Below are positions 17,075-37,357 of a stretch of 64,000 nucleotides of DNA, one piece after another. The stretch is taken from assembly GCF_009914755.1 (NCBI RefSeq), contig NC_060926.1; one strand, given 5' to 3'. The notes under the pieces were generated by a model, which ran no database searches, was not told the origin of the DNA, and saw nothing but the letters and a program-made list of their open reading frames with translations. The DNA is from the human T2T-CHM13v2.0 reference genome, Homo sapiens. Position numbers and translations under genes: made by a program. Each line of letters begins with the position of its first letter. Position 1 is the first letter of the stretch.

Positions 17075-17665
17075 AGTATGTTGAAGAGATATCTGCACTC
17101 TCATGTTTACTGCAGGACTATTCACAATAACTGAGATATGAACCAACCTGTGTCTATCAATTGATAAAGAAAATGTGGTATAAATACATAATGGAACACT
17201 ATTCAGCCATAGAAAAGAATAAAGTCCTATTATTTGAGACAACATGGATGAACTTGGAGGCATTAGGTTAAGTGAAATATGTCAGGCACAGAAAAATACC
17301 ACATGATCTCACTCATAGGTGGAATCTAAAAAAGTTAATCTAACAGAAGTAGAGAGTAGAATGGCGGTTACCAGAGGTTAAGGGTAAGATGGGGATATGT
17401 TGGTCAAAGTACATGGAATTACAGTTAAATAGGAGGAATAAGTGTAAGAGATCTACTCTATAGCACGGTGACTATACTTAATGACAATACACTGTATTCT
17501 TGAAAAATGCAAAGATGGTGGATGTTAAGTGGTCTCACACAAAAATGATAACTAGGTGAGGTAATGCATTTGTTAATTTGCTAGATTTAACTATTCTACA
17601 ATGTATGCATACTTCAAAACATCTTGTTGTACATGATATATATATTTGTAAGTCAATTAAAAAAA
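17075..17665 (+). mobile_element. L1 3' end (L1MA/MB-like)
   Basis: gagatatctgcactctcatgtttactgcagg...aaaatgtggtata...acaacatggatgaacttggag, typical of the L1 ORF2 end and 3' UTR. Confidence 0.85.
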
Positions 17666-19060
17666 TTTTGCCCAACTGATAAGCTAGAAAAGATGGTAAT
17701 TATGTTATATGTATTTTACTACAACAAAAAATTGAGAAACAAACAAACAAGAATGAGGTATAATAAACTACTGCCAAAATTTGGGAGAAAATTCCCAAGG
17801 CAGTACAAAGTAGATTAAAATGGGTCTACTTACATTATGCCAACCTAAAAGTAAATAAAAAGACCTATTATTTCTCCTGCACTCTATCACCTAATTTACA
17901 AAGTCTAGGACTATATCAATCTACCAAACCAAAATCTAGGTAATTGTTTCTGGAACGAGAGCGCCACTTTCCCCAACAACCAGAGTGCTGCTGCTTCTCT
18001 GCCCATCTCTATGTCTACCCTTCCTCAAAGCAAGACCTCCGTCTTTTTTCTAAATCCTAGGAAATGAACTCTTGAAAAGGTGGGAATGAGAAGGGGACTG
18101 AGCAAAAACTTCAAAGTGGAAAGATAATTCGGTGGTGTATTATATTTGGGGAGTAGTAATTCCCTACAATTAAAGCATAGGAGATAGGAAGATGAAGAGA
18201 TGAAGATGATAGAGGAGAGCCTGAATAGCACATTTATTGGGTCTATACTTTTTCATATACTCTGCCATGACTGTTCAGAATCAGAATGGCAGGCGGTGAT
18301 GTTAGAAAGCATCCTGTTAGAAAGGATCCAGAACAAAATATGTCAGACACTGGAATCTAGGTGGGAGCTGTTACAACAGCTTACCCTCCAACTACAGATG
18401 GGAAATACATGAACAACAGAGAACATGGGCAATCCACCTCCACACTGAGAGAAAATTCCAAATACGGAGAGTACTCTTCTCTTTCAAGAATATATAAACA
18501 ATTAAGTTTATTAAAGAAAAATGCAACCAGGGAAAAGAACGATTCTGAAGATTCAGAGAAATGGCTAATCTCTGGAAACAGTGTTCTATAAAAACCAGAA
18601 TTAAAAAAAAAAATCATGCGGCATCCTCGATAGGATGAAAAGAATCCTGGCTGCTATGGTATAAAAACAGAAAACCTTAGAGAGTAAAAAGGATATGATA
18701 CAATGGAGGTGGGAGAAACGTAGACAAATTACAGGAAAATTAAAAAAAATTAAAGCAGACTTAAGATTACTAATGAAGGCAGAAAAAAGCAAAACATCAA
18801 TGTATAAAGAAAAAACCTGTGAGGATCTCTGAGAACTAAGGTAAAAGGACAAGACACAATGAGGAAGAAAAATAACAGTTAAGAAATCCAAAGAAAGAAA
18901 GGTCAACCTAAGGATTTTCACTATTCCCTAAATGTAGTATGCACACTTATGATTCCTTGGCTTTACAAATTCTTACTTCCTCTGATTCTTTTTATTTACT
19001 TATTTATTTATTTGGCAATCAGCTTTTTCATGTTGAATCCCTCTGCTTCTAATAAACCAG

Positions 19061-19558
19061 TGTAGTAGGCAGAATATTAGCACCCCAAAATCTCCACACC
19101 TAATCCCTAGAACCTGTGAATATGTTACCTTGCAGGGCAAAAGGGACTTTGCAGATGTGATTAAGGTTATGGAGTCTAAAACATGGAGACTGGCCTAAAT
19201 TATCAAGGCAGACCCAGTCTAATCACATGAGTCCTTAAAAGCAGAGCACCTTTCCTGGCTGCAGTCAGAGACATGTGACGACTGAAGAAGCATCAGAGAG
19301 ATTTAACGCTGCTGGCTTTGAAGAGAGAGAGGGAGCCGTGAGCCAGGGAGTGCGGGCAGCATATACAAGCTGGAAAGAAAAGGAAAGGGATGCCCCCTAG
19401 AGCCTCTAGAAAGGAACACAGCCCTGCTGATGCCTTGATGTTAGCCCAGCGAGACTCTTGTTGGACTTCTGACCTACAGAACTGTAAGATGATAAACTTG
19501 TGTGATTTTAAACCAAGTTTGTGGGCATTTGTTATAGCAGCAATAGAAAACTAATGCC
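19061..19558 (+). mobile_element. MaLR solo LTR (MLT1D-like)
   Basis: tgtagtaggcagaat...gggactttgcagatgtgattaagg...ttgttatagcagcaatagaaaactaat; 5-bp TSD ACCAG. Confidence 0.85.
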
Positions 19559-19949
19559 ACCAGTCTCTTCTAACCCTTTCTCTGCCTTTAAAACTAATCT
19601 TCAAAATAACCTCTTCTGTGACGTCTTCCCTGGCTTTATAGGAAATGAATACCATGTGTTTTTTAATGTTCTCAAAGTACTCTAACATACTACTACTGGG
19701 ACACGCCATAACTATTTGACTGAGAAGTCTGTCTCTCTGTCTTCTAGGCTATAAGTTCTTCCAGGGTATGGACTATGTTTTTTTCTTCTATGTATCCCTA
19801 CCATATACCAAAAAACAGGATGCAGTAAATATCTGCTGAATAATTACATGAACAAAAACACTATGTTCATGATGTATTGTGCTTTGCTGATTACCTATAT
19901 TCAGAGTCTCATTTTATACATGTTGTACTACTGTTTTACAGTTTGTATG

Positions 19950-20241
19950 TTTTTGAGACAGAGTCTTGCTCTGTCGCTCAGGCTGGAGTACGGTGGCGTG
20001 ATCTCAGCTCACTGCTACCTCCGCCTCCCAGGTTCAAGCGATTCTCCTGACTCAGCCTCCTGAGTAGCTGGGACTACAGGCATGTGCCAGGACGCCCACT
20101 AATTTGTTGTATTTTTAGTAGAGATGGGGTTTCAGCATGTTGGCCAGGCTGGTTTTGAACTCCTGACCTCAAGTGATCCACCTGCCTCAGACTCCCAAAG
20201 TGCTGGGATGTAATTACAGGCATGAGCCACCGCACCCAGCC
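19950..20241 (-). mobile_element. Alu
   Basis: Reverse-complement Alu consensus. Confidence 0.92.
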
Positions 20242-21060
20242 TGTTTGTTTTAAAAATATCTATGTGAGCTCTGCTGCTTCTTATACACAATGAAATAACC
20301 CAAAAGGCATTTTCAATTCATAGACGTCAATATTGTTAACACATACAATTTGTCTTCAGATATTTAAAAAATGACTGGGTGATGAAGAGACAACAAACTA
20401 TAGGATAAGGAATCTGTTACTCTATCACCTCTCAATTTCTCTGGGTCTCTTCAACTATGAAATGAAGGTACTGGGTCTGATGGTCTCTTTGTAAATTCCC
20501 TATAATAACAGATTCAGGGGATACATGGTATAAAAAGTTTACAAAAGATAAAAAATAATAAGATAAAAATTGTTTCCATAATAAACAATTTTCACCTTTT
20601 CAAAAATACCTAATAGCACTTCTGAAATTTGAGAGTTTGAAATCTACCAGTGCATTCATGAATTCTGATACTCTCCATGGCTGGGGACGGCAAAGCTCAC
20701 TTTATTTATATGCCTTAAAATTTTACCATTTCCTTTCCGCTGAAATGCTAAAATCCAGGACAACGTACTGAGAAAAACCTAAGTAACTGCCATCATTATC
20801 CTTTGGGCAAATGATTAAATAGACACACAGATCAATCTATCTTGTGGACCACCTTCTTCAACTTATCTTCCCAATAGGAATCAGAAGATGACTAGTATGC
20901 AGAGGGGACAGAAAACTAAGATGAAAGGCAAGAGAACTTACAATAAATAAATGGCATATTCTAAAGCACGCTATATCTGTCGCAGTAAAATATCTCATAG
21001 CAGCAAAATGTCTCAAGGTGTAAAAATGCTTTGGGGAAAAAGTACTGATTTTAAATTTAC

Positions 21061-21312
21061 TTGTAGGGTTTCGAAGTTTAGCAGAACGTGCCAAGGCAAG
21101 ATCAAAGTGAGCCTGGTCTGCATTCTCACACAAATTGATGATTCGACACAGGCAATCGGCAGCAAATACTCGAGTGGCCCAGCGAGGGGCCACAAAGGGC
21201 TTTGATTTATCTTCTTCACCTAACGTGGTAAACATGGTATCATCATCCATCTCATCTTTCTTTTCAGCTTCTTCATCTTTTCCACTACTTAAGAGAGTTG
21301 CAGTACTCATAT
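21061..21312 (-). CDS. HEATR5B: HEATR5B coding exon (window exon 18; 252 nt, 1->1)
   Basis: gttatag|AT ... A|gtaaat; [62 protein letters not shown]...KLRNPT. Confidence 0.96.
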
Positions 21313-21729
21313 CTATAACAAGAATAAGGAATATTGTAACAATCTCACATAAGCAAAAATGATCCTTTAAAAAGTTATTAATATTAAAATTTTTTTAATT
21401 TAAAAAAAGACTAAATTCTTACTTGCTGGAAAACAGTAAAACTAGCAGAATTTTTTTTAAACAATCAAAAGCCAAGGAAAAGATAACATAAATTACTTTT
21501 ATGTAAACTACATTTAAATATTTCAATAGTTTTACATACTATGTCATACTCTAGAGTAACTTGGGGTTTTTATACATGAAAATTTAGTTTGAACTTCCAA
21601 AAAATTTTGAAATATATTTTCCCAACAATATAAAAAAGCTCATTTGTTTATAACATAATTTAACTTTCAACATTTTGACAGAGATTTGTAGATCAAAAGT
21701 TATTACTTTTAAATAAAACCTATAATTTA

Positions 21730-22119
<390 letters not shown>

Positions 22120-22497
22120 TTATGATAAAGACCAAGTCTTACATATAAATTCACAACAGCCACAAAACCAGCTAGCTATATACAATTTAACTATGGCCTC
22201 TAGTTTACATATCTTTGGGATTATAATTTAATCTGGCAATTAGAGTAATACCTCGAACTGTAAAACTGATTATTCTGAGATATTGTAAACAAATCTCAGG
22301 GAACTCTCAATAAATACTTGATTCTAATAAGAAAAAGTGTGGGACAGAGATATACTGCTAAATATATTTAACAAACTAAAAAACTATTGTATTTGTTAGA
22401 AGAATAAATTGAAACTTATTCAGTCTTATAGTTCAGATTTTAAAATTTTTATAAAGCCAGAACACAAACTCTAAGTGGATTGCATCCTAAGAGTTCA

Positions 22498-23115
<618 letters not shown>

Positions 23116-23940
23116 TTGGGAAAATCCAAAGAGTAACAACAACCAAAAAGCAATGTTGTCATGAAATAGTGGTTAAATTTCTTGCTTCATCAGAAAATCT
23201 TTTCATTCTTGTAAACAGCAGCGGTATATAACTGGTGGCTTTAAGAATGAGTATTATTACGCCCTCTGAAGTCTAGAGCCCACTGAACCCTGAAGGGAGT
23301 AAGACAGACGAATGGAACTGAAAGGTAACTATTTTTGTTGTGTCACCCCAAATACAGAATAAGGGGAGGTTTGAAGAAAATAGCCATAGTGAGTGACATT
23401 CTAAAACAATAGAAAAAGTTAAATGAAAGGGTTCCAAGAAAAGAGAACACTAGGAAGAGATTAGGCACAGAGACTTTTTTTTCACTAAGCAGTAGATAGT
23501 GAATATTTTCCCATTTCAGTAATTATACTTCTATAGTATGAATGTTAACGGCTATGCAGCAAACCAATAAATTAAGGGAAAATTAATTGATTAATCACTG
23601 AGGACAAATTCCTTAAAAGAAAATTAATTGGTTAGAGGACAAATTCCTTAAGAGGGAATTTCTAGGTCAAAGGGTAAGCACATTTTGAAAACTTCAAGGA
23701 CATAGTGCCAAAAAACCCTCCAGAAAATGTGCATGACTCTACATTTCTATCTGTAGTACAAGAAATATCTATTCCCACTTTTCCCAACACTGGTTGTAAT
23801 TATTATTTTTAATCTTGATCACTTTTATAGAAGAAAAATGCTATTTTATGATTATAGTAACTTGCAATTGTTAAATCACTGGAGGTTAAAGATATTTGTT
23901 ATTTCTTCTTTATAAAATGTGCTCTAGTGGTTTTTACCAG

Positions 23941-24439
23941 GTGCAAAAACAAATTAACACTGCAGGCCTGAGACTACCTTAGTAAGACTTAATTGCAAGG
24001 TTAGCCCTTGGCTAGCATCTGGGAATTGGGTTTCTAGAGGTTTCCCACCATTAATTCCCTGATAAAAGTGGCTCGCTGTACCTAAACTGTGGCTTCTGTT
24101 GAACATCTGCTTTCCTTCTGAGTCCGAACTTTTGGTATGTGCCAGGCAGGCCATGCCTATGGCATCAGCCCCCAATAAAAACATTGGGCATTAAGTCTTT
24201 AATAAGCTTCTCTGGGAGAATACATTACACACATGCTGTCACAATCCATTGCTGGGTTGCGATCTCTATGACTCCATGGGGACAGGGCTCTGGGGAGCTT
24301 GTGCCTGGTTTCCTCTAACTTCATCCTACACACCTTTTATTCCTTTTGTCATAATAAACACAGCCAGGAAAATGCCTATACACTGAGTCCACCCAGGAAA
24401 TCATCAAACCTGGGGGTGATCTTGGGGACTCCAAACATA
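23941..24439 (+). mobile_element. MER68/MER21-group solo LTR
   Basis: gtgcaaaaac..ttaacactgcaggcctgagact...gcccttggctagcatctggg...aataaa...cctgggggtgatcttggggac. Confidence 0.75.
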
Positions 24440-24558
24440 CTCATTTGTAAAAGCTTTAAACACTTTTATATTTTATTAAATACATACGTTAGTAAATAAA
24501 ATTAGTTAATAAAAATATATTTTGTAAATATTTTTCCCTATCTTAGCTGTTTTTCTGT

Positions 24559-24589
<31 letters not shown>

Positions 24590-25010
24590 AAAGAGACAGG
24601 ATCTCACTATGTTGCCCAGGTTGGACTTGAACTCCTGGGCTCAAGTGATCTGTCTCAGCCTTCCAAGTAGTCTCAATTTTGTTTATGGCAACTGACATGT
24701 AGAAGTTCTGAAAATTTATATGTATTCAGAAGAGTTCTGTAACTACTTTTGGTGATGTTTTCTCTCCAAAAACAGTACTGTCTACTGGTAGATTTTTATA
24801 ATAAACTTCTTTAATATTCTACAATACCGTATATCTGTTAATAAAGTTCTTATGCTATGCTACAATTGAAGTTATTCTTGTATCTTGCTTCTTTGTATCC
24901 AAGCAGCTTCTAGGCATTAGAAAACTTTTATAAGTAAAAAATTTCCCTCATAATAGGGGAAATATCTCTGTCAATTAAACTCTTAAAAAGTTTCCAAACC
25001 ACCTACACCT

Positions 25011-25133
25011 AGATATCAGAAGACCAGCTAGGAATTTAAGCTATACCTAAAACCCTCCAAAAAGGCAGAAAGATAGCAGAAGACCACCTAGGAATTTAAG
25101 CTATACCTAAAACCCTCCAAAAAAGCAGAAAGA
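25011..25133. repeat. 60-bp tandem duplication
   Basis: AGATA(T/G)CAGAAGACCA(G/C)CTAGGAATTTAAGCTATACCTAAAACCCTCCAAAAA(G/A)GCAGAA twice, 3 mismatches. Confidence 0.95.
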
Positions 25134-25766
25134 ACTAAAGGAAGCAAAGATCATCCTTTTGCTACCAAACATCTACTGACATTTCATAGTTTTATTGGCT
25201 ACTTTGGTCTTACCTTCTTAGAGGAAAAATTACATCGCAAGAGGCTAACTACCACCCAGAACTGGAAACCTTCAAGTGCCCCTGAAACATCCTCAAGAAA
25301 TGGCAGAAATATTCTGATACTAAATACTTTTCAGTTTTTTTAAGCTGCAAATAATTTTTTTTAAATCTAGTCACTCACACCCAACTTTTTACTTATTTAT
25401 TTACTTACTTCCTTACTTTAGGAGACATGGTCTTACTCCACCACCCAGACTGGAGCACAGGGGCATGACCATAGCTCACTGTAACCTTAAACCCTTGGGC
25501 TCAAGTGATCCTCCCACCTCAGCCTCCTGAGTAGCTAGGACTACAGGTACACAACACTATGCCCAACTTGCAAAAATTTTTAAAAAGCAAAAATGCAAAA
25601 TTATCAAGAAAACCACATTGGAATTTTAAAAGTGGTAATGGTTTTATTTCAAAGAATAAGACATCTGGCCACATTGCAACAGAAAAATGTTATTTGATAA
25701 ATAGTACTTAACTGAAATGTAAAAGTAGTTAAACAAAAAACAATATTGACCAATAATATAACTTAC

Positions 25767-25911
25767 TGGCACTACTGCTCTCTTTGTCCCCTGTATTTTT
25801 TGCCAGGCTCATGGCATATTCACATACTTCCGCTGCTTCTCTTTGTGCAAGTTGCCGAAGACATGCCACAGCTGCTCGTCGAAGTAACAAATGGGAACTA
25901 CATAAGTGAAC
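25767..25911 (-). CDS. HEATR5B: HEATR5B coding exon (window exon 16; 145 nt, 0->1)
   Basis: tttacag|GTT ... A|gtaagt; [48 protein letters not shown]. Confidence 0.96.
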
Positions 25912-25958
25912 CTGTAAATCATAACAATGTTAGGCGATTTCTCTTTAAAAAGCTGTAA

Positions 25959-26317
<359 letters not shown>

Positions 26318-26799
26318 TAATGAATATATATTAACATCTTACTTCTGAAGATGCTCTTCATTTAACAACCTCAGTTGTTTAAAATACAGTCAAATGATGG
26401 CCTTTTGACAAAATACTACTACTAATAAAATATACAAAAAATATGTTAGTAGCCAAAATAATTGTCCCAAGATCTGTGCTCTAAAGCTCATACAATATAC
26501 TTAAATGAAAAATCCAGAAGGATCTTCTGCACATCTTATTTTACACATGGTCCTATTCAACTTTGTCATCTAAATTTTTTAAGTATATAGAGATCAAATG
26601 TAGTGAATGAAAAGTTAGGGGGCAGAGCACACCATAATATTTGAAAGCAAAGGAGGTTATCAAAGTGAAAAAACCAAATCAAGCAAACATAATCACCTGA
26701 AAAAATTGCAAAATGGGGCCTTTTGCCACAGTATTTTTTTCATCTGAAAGGTCCCTGAATATAGTACACTCTAAAACATAAAAGTATAAGATGCAACAT

Positions 26800-27030
26800 G
26801 GCATAAAAGTTAAGAACTCAGGCACAGCTGCCAGACTGGGTTTGAATCCTGGCTCTGTCACTTATTCCTGTGACACCTTACACAAGTTACTCAGCCCCTC
26901 TGTGCCTTGATTTGCCCACATGTAAGGTGGGAATATTAACTCTTCACAGGAATATGGTGTAAATAAGTAAAATGCTTACAATGCTGGCTGGCACATGGTA
27001 ACTGCTCAACAAATGTAAGCTATTATAATT
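26800..27030 (+). mobile_element. MIR
   Basis: gccagactgggtttgaatcctggctctgtcactt...aagttactcagcccctctgtgcct, the MIR core. Confidence 0.8.
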
Positions 27031-27252
27031 ATTAGTATAAATCTGACTCATGAAGAAAATATTAAATTATGTTCCATCTGCTGCTTTTCAAGCAAGGAAG
27101 TAATCTTTTAGAAAGAGTCCCAGACACAAATGATGGGGATGGAGAAGAACACATGTATGGAATATATCTCCCCTTCACAATGCCAGATAGTATATTTTTA
27201 GGCTATTAATATAGCATTTGTAATTCAAGATATACTTGCATAAAATTCATAG

Positions 27253-27443
27253 TCCTGCCTCAGCCTCCCAAGTAGCTGGGACTACAGGTGCCCGCCACCA
27301 CGCCCGGCTAATTTTTTGTATTTTTAGTAGAGATGGGGTTTCACCGTGTTAGTCAGGATGGTCTCCATCTCCTGACCTTCTGATCCGCCCACCTCAGCCT
27401 CCCAAAGTGCTGGGATTACAGGCGTGAGCCACCGCACCTGGCT
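27253..27443 (-). mobile_element. 3'-truncated AluY-like element
   Basis: Begins abruptly at tcctgcctcagcc, with no right-arm end or tail. Confidence 0.88.
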
Positions 27444-27469
27444 GTTTGTTTTGTTTTTAAGACATCGCC

Positions 27470-27816
<347 letters not shown>

Positions 27817-28739
27817 TTACTGCAGCCTCAACCTCTCGGGCTCAAGCGATCCTCTCGCCTCATTTTTTTATTTTTTGTAGAGACAAGGTCTCATTATATT
27901 GCCCAGGCTGGTGTCAAACTCCTGCACTCAAGTGATCTGCCTGCCTTGGGCTCCCAAAGCACTGGGATTACAGGTGTGAGCCACCGCACCCAGCCAACAA
28001 AGTACTTTATTTATTCCTCTTCCTGAAAATAAAGACATTTTGGAGCTTTCAAATACTCCATAACTAATTACAAAGTTCAAGCATGGTCATATCACATGGG
28101 AAGAACAAGTCACTTAGTCTCTTGAAGTTTCTGCCTTTTTATTTTTACAGTGGGGACAATATCCAATCCACCCATCTTACACAACTACTGTAAGAATCAA
28201 ATGGTAAAACATATATGGAGAACATCATAACATTTTAATTTAGTAACAATTACAGAGAATTGTAGCTAAGAAAATACATTCAACAAATGGTGACTGGCAA
28301 AGCCTAAGTGAAAGAAACAAACCACTTTACAAAGTGTTTTCAAAAACCCCACTGCAGTTATTCTCAGGTGTACTTTTCCTTTTCATTTTAACATCTGTGA
28401 TATTAGAGTTGTAAAGTACAATCAATGGTATCTTTAATCCCTATATTTATTGAAAAGATAATCCTATCCACCCTGAACTGTAGTGGTACCATGTGCCACA
28501 GTCGTAAGTTATATGACTGTGTATGTGTGAATCCAATTCTGGACACTCCGTTGTGTTCCATTTGTCTACTTGAGTATCCTTGCAATACTACCCTGTCTTT
28601 CTTACTGGAGATTATGGTAAATCTTGATAGTAAGTATAGCAAATCTTCCAACTTCATTGATCTTTACAAGCACTTTGCATTTCCCTATTAAGTTTACAAT
28701 CAGCTTGTCAATTTTTCCAAAAACACCACTCTTCTACTC

Positions 28740-30200
<1,461 letters not shown>

Positions 30201-30211
30201 AATTATAATGA

Positions 30212-30580
<369 letters not shown>

Positions 30581-30857
30581 CAAATGTGATATATTCTTAG
30601 CAAGGAAATAAACAGTTCATCAAGATATTTCTTAAAAGGTAAAAGAGAACACCAGTGAATAAAATGAATTGTCATAAAATGACAACTGAAGTTCAAAAAA
30701 CAAACAAAAGATCTAGTATTTGATAACATAAAAGGGTGACTATAGTCAATAATAATTTTAATTGTACATTTTAAAATAACTATGGATTATTTATAACACA
30801 AATAAATGATAAATGCTTGAGGTGATGGATACCACATTCACTCTGATGTGATTATTA

Positions 30858-31623
<766 letters not shown>

Positions 31624-31819
31624 TAAGAGCTACATTCTAGTTTTATACGCATTGCCTTATCATTATCACTTTTGAAAATACTTGATAAACACCTATGCTT
31701 AATAAAAGGCACATATTTATCGTCTTCATATCCCTGTGACATTCACAGGAAGAACTATCCTCACTTTCCCAAAGAGGACAATGGGTCTAAGCAAGCGGCT
31801 TATTTAAATCACCTGTTTT

Positions 31820-32605
31820 TCCCTATAATACCAGCATTTTGGGAGGCCTAGGCGGACGAATCACCTGAGGTCAGGAGTTCGAGACCAGCCTGGCCAACAT
31901 AGTGGAACCCCCGTCTCTACTGAAAATACAAGTTAGCTGAGGCAGGAGAATTGCTTGAACCCGGGAGGCGGAGGTTGTAGCGAGCTGAGATCACGCCACT
32001 GCACTCCAGCCTGGGAGACAGAGCAAGACTCTGTCTCCCTGGGGTGGGGGGGGTGGGGAATCACATATTTTTCAATTTCTAGCATTTTCTTTAAGTCTTT
32101 TTCTTTTTCCTCTCTTTTTAAAAATATCTGTCAAAATGGAGGAAACATAGCATAGAGATTAAGAATGCCGGTAACGGGCTGGGCGTGGAGGCTCGTGCCT
32201 GTAATCCCAGCACTTTGCAAGGCTGAGATGGGAGTGGGAGGATTGCTTGAGGCCAGCAGTTTGAGACCAGCCTGGGCAACATAGTGAGACCCCCATCTCT
32301 TAAAAAGAGAAAAAAAAAAAAAGGCCGGGTGTGGTGGCTCACGCCTGTAATCCCAGCACTTTGGGAGGCCGAGGTGGGTGGATCATGAGGTCAGGAGTTC
32401 GAGACCAGCCTGGCCAACATGGTGAAACCCTGTCTCTACTAAAAATACAACAAATTAGCTGGGTGTAGTGGCAGGCACCTGTAATCCCAGCTACTCAGGA
32501 GGCTGAGGCAGGAGAATCGCTTGAACTCAGGAAGCAGAGGTTGCAGTCAGCTGAGACCACACCACTGCACTCCAGCCTGGGCAATAGATTCAAAATAAAA
32601 AAAAA
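31820..32605 (+). mobile_element. Alu cluster (internally deleted Alu 31820-32038, monomer 32177-32322, Alu 32323-32605)
   Basis: Alu consensus segments. Confidence 0.88.
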
Positions 32606-33461
32606 GAATGCAAGCATCGGAAATTGATCTGGGCTTCACTTCTTACTCCAACCACTCACTAGTTTCCAAAACCTTGTAAAAGTTCTTAACCTCTCTCAGA
32701 TTCAATATTTGATCAATAAAATAGAGATAATATCAGTCTCTGGGTTGTTATCCGAATTAAATAATGTATGTTAAAAGCTCAACCCTTTGAAAACATATAT
32801 AATAAATGACAAAGGAGAAAAAGGAAAACTCTGAAAGTGGTTTATATATTCAGGATATCTTTACAATAATTTGCTGACTTGGGAGTCTAACCATTAGTAG
32901 AATTAGCTCAGTGGAATTAAGTGGTACAAACATAGGCTTTAGGATCATAAATGTGCCACTCATAAGTTGACTAACTCTAGGCAAGTTACTTATCTTCTCG
33001 CAGTTTACTTCCTCATAGAAAATTAGCTAATATCTTTTTCCTCTAGCAAAAAGAAAACAAAATCTAGATAATATTTACCTTATGACAGTGGTTTTTCACG
33101 CTATGTTCCTAATCCTTAGAGTTCAAAAAAATGAAGCAAAAGTCCATGAAGACATGTGGATAGCACTCTAGGCCAAAGGAACTCTATTATTAACTTTCTT
33201 TTCATGGGACTCCAAGTAAAATTTCATTTAAAATGTTTTCTCTGCTCAAAACTTCAACAAACATTATCATGTCATAGGTTTCTTGTAGGGATTAAGTAAA
33301 ATGCCACATGTAAAAAGCTGAGTGCCAGGCTTTCAGTAAATCCAAGTATTCAGTACATAGTAATTGTTATTACAAAATTTCTTCAAGTAATGTGATGGTG
33401 ATATTCAGGAAATTTAAAGATACTGATTATCTAACTAGGTTCCTTAATTTCAGATGATTTA

Positions 33462-33656
<195 letters not shown>

Positions 33657-34267
33657 CTAGAATAAAATATAATTTCATTTTAGTTGTAAGGAAGAATTCG
33701 AATGTACTGAATTGAGTATACTGAATTGTTACATGGGTATACTCTTAATATTTTTAGGCCTAACAATGTGAAGTAGCAAATCCAGATTGTAGGATGTTTT
33801 CATACACATTCTTCATCTTCACTGTAGTTATATTTACTTATGTATAATAACGTCTAAAAAGAAACAACAAAAACAAAATATTCAAAGGGTCCACAAGAAG
33901 ATTCAGCCAATGACCCAGGACCTACGTTGGGGTATCACAGGAAGAGAGAGAAGGATGGTTATTTAAAAAAAAAACTTGATCAAGCTAACAAATCTAAAGA
34001 AATAAAAAAAAAGAGGAAAAAAGTACACAGAATAATACACAATAAAAAGAAAATATGTTTGAAGGAATGTATGTGAATGGGTAAAATTCTCAGAATAAGA
34101 CAGACTTTAAGACTAGGCTGATAAACAAAATCTTGCTATGTACTATTACAAAAACAAACCCTAATATATTTGTCCTAACAACTTACCACGGTCATTTTTA
34201 TTTCATAGAGCAAATAATTTTCCAAAAAATTTTCTAAACTTTTGTAATAAAAAAACCAATTATATTA

Positions 34268-34456
<189 letters not shown>

Positions 34457-34603
34457 CTAACTTTGCTATTTCCCTATAAAAACAACAACATTATAAGTCA
34501 CACAAAAACTGGGATTTATTGGGGAAATAAGAAAAGATTATAATCAGTTACTTCTTTCTCCACTCCCTAACAGGAGTTAGAACTTCAATTTAAAATAACT
34601 ACA

Positions 34604-34915
34604 GCTGGGTGTCATGGCTCATGCCTGTAATCCCAGCATTTGGGAGGCTGAGGCCGGTGGATCACTTGAGCCCAGGAGTTCGAGACCAGTCTGGCTAACA
34701 TGGCAAAATCCCATTTCTAAAAAAAATTAAAAACTTAATCTGTCATGGCAGCGCATGCCTGTAGGCCCAGCTAGTAGGGAGGCTGAAGTGAGAGGACTGC
34801 TTGAGCCTGACAGGTGAGGCTGCAGTGAGCTGTGATCACGCCACTGCACTCCAGCCTGGGTGATAGAGCAGGACCCTGTCTCAATAATAATAATATTAAT
34901 AATAATAATAATAAT
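34604..34915 (+). mobile_element. AluJ-like element with (AAT)n tail
   Basis: Diverged Alu consensus. Confidence 0.88.
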
Positions 34916-35377
34916 TGGTTAAAAACATATATTTGACTGAATAAAGCCTATTTTAATTTTAGAGAAAATTTGACAACTCATTTTTAATATTAATTATTCC
35001 TTGAAAAGCCAAGACTTATTTGAAATATTTTTATATTTTTAAAAAACAAAATAACTTATGTTTGGTTTTAAAAATAGTAAAAAGGTATTTGTTTTCACAG
35101 TATTACATAAAATATTTTACACTTAAGAAATACCCTATAATTATGATTTGAACCTCTTTAAAAAAGGCCAATCTTTTTTCTTTGTGAAATATATTTTAAA
35201 TGAATTCAAATACATAAAAAGAGATGAACATTACTTTAAAAAATAAGCTTTATTGAGACTCACATACAATATTCACCAACTTTAGGTATACAATTAAATT
35301 TTAAATGTATACTAAAATATACAATTTAATGAGTTTTGATAAGTATACAGTATGTAACCACCACATAATCATTAGAA

Positions 35378-37357
<1,980 letters not shown>

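Noticed and set aside
17955-17980. CTCF-like motif (also about 53065-53082)
   Set aside because: Only partial match to the CCASYAGRKGGCRS core
18200-18921. Cluster of overlapping 70-106 aa ORFs
   Set aside because: A-rich degenerate sequence most consistent with an old L1/HAL1-like relic; no coherent frame
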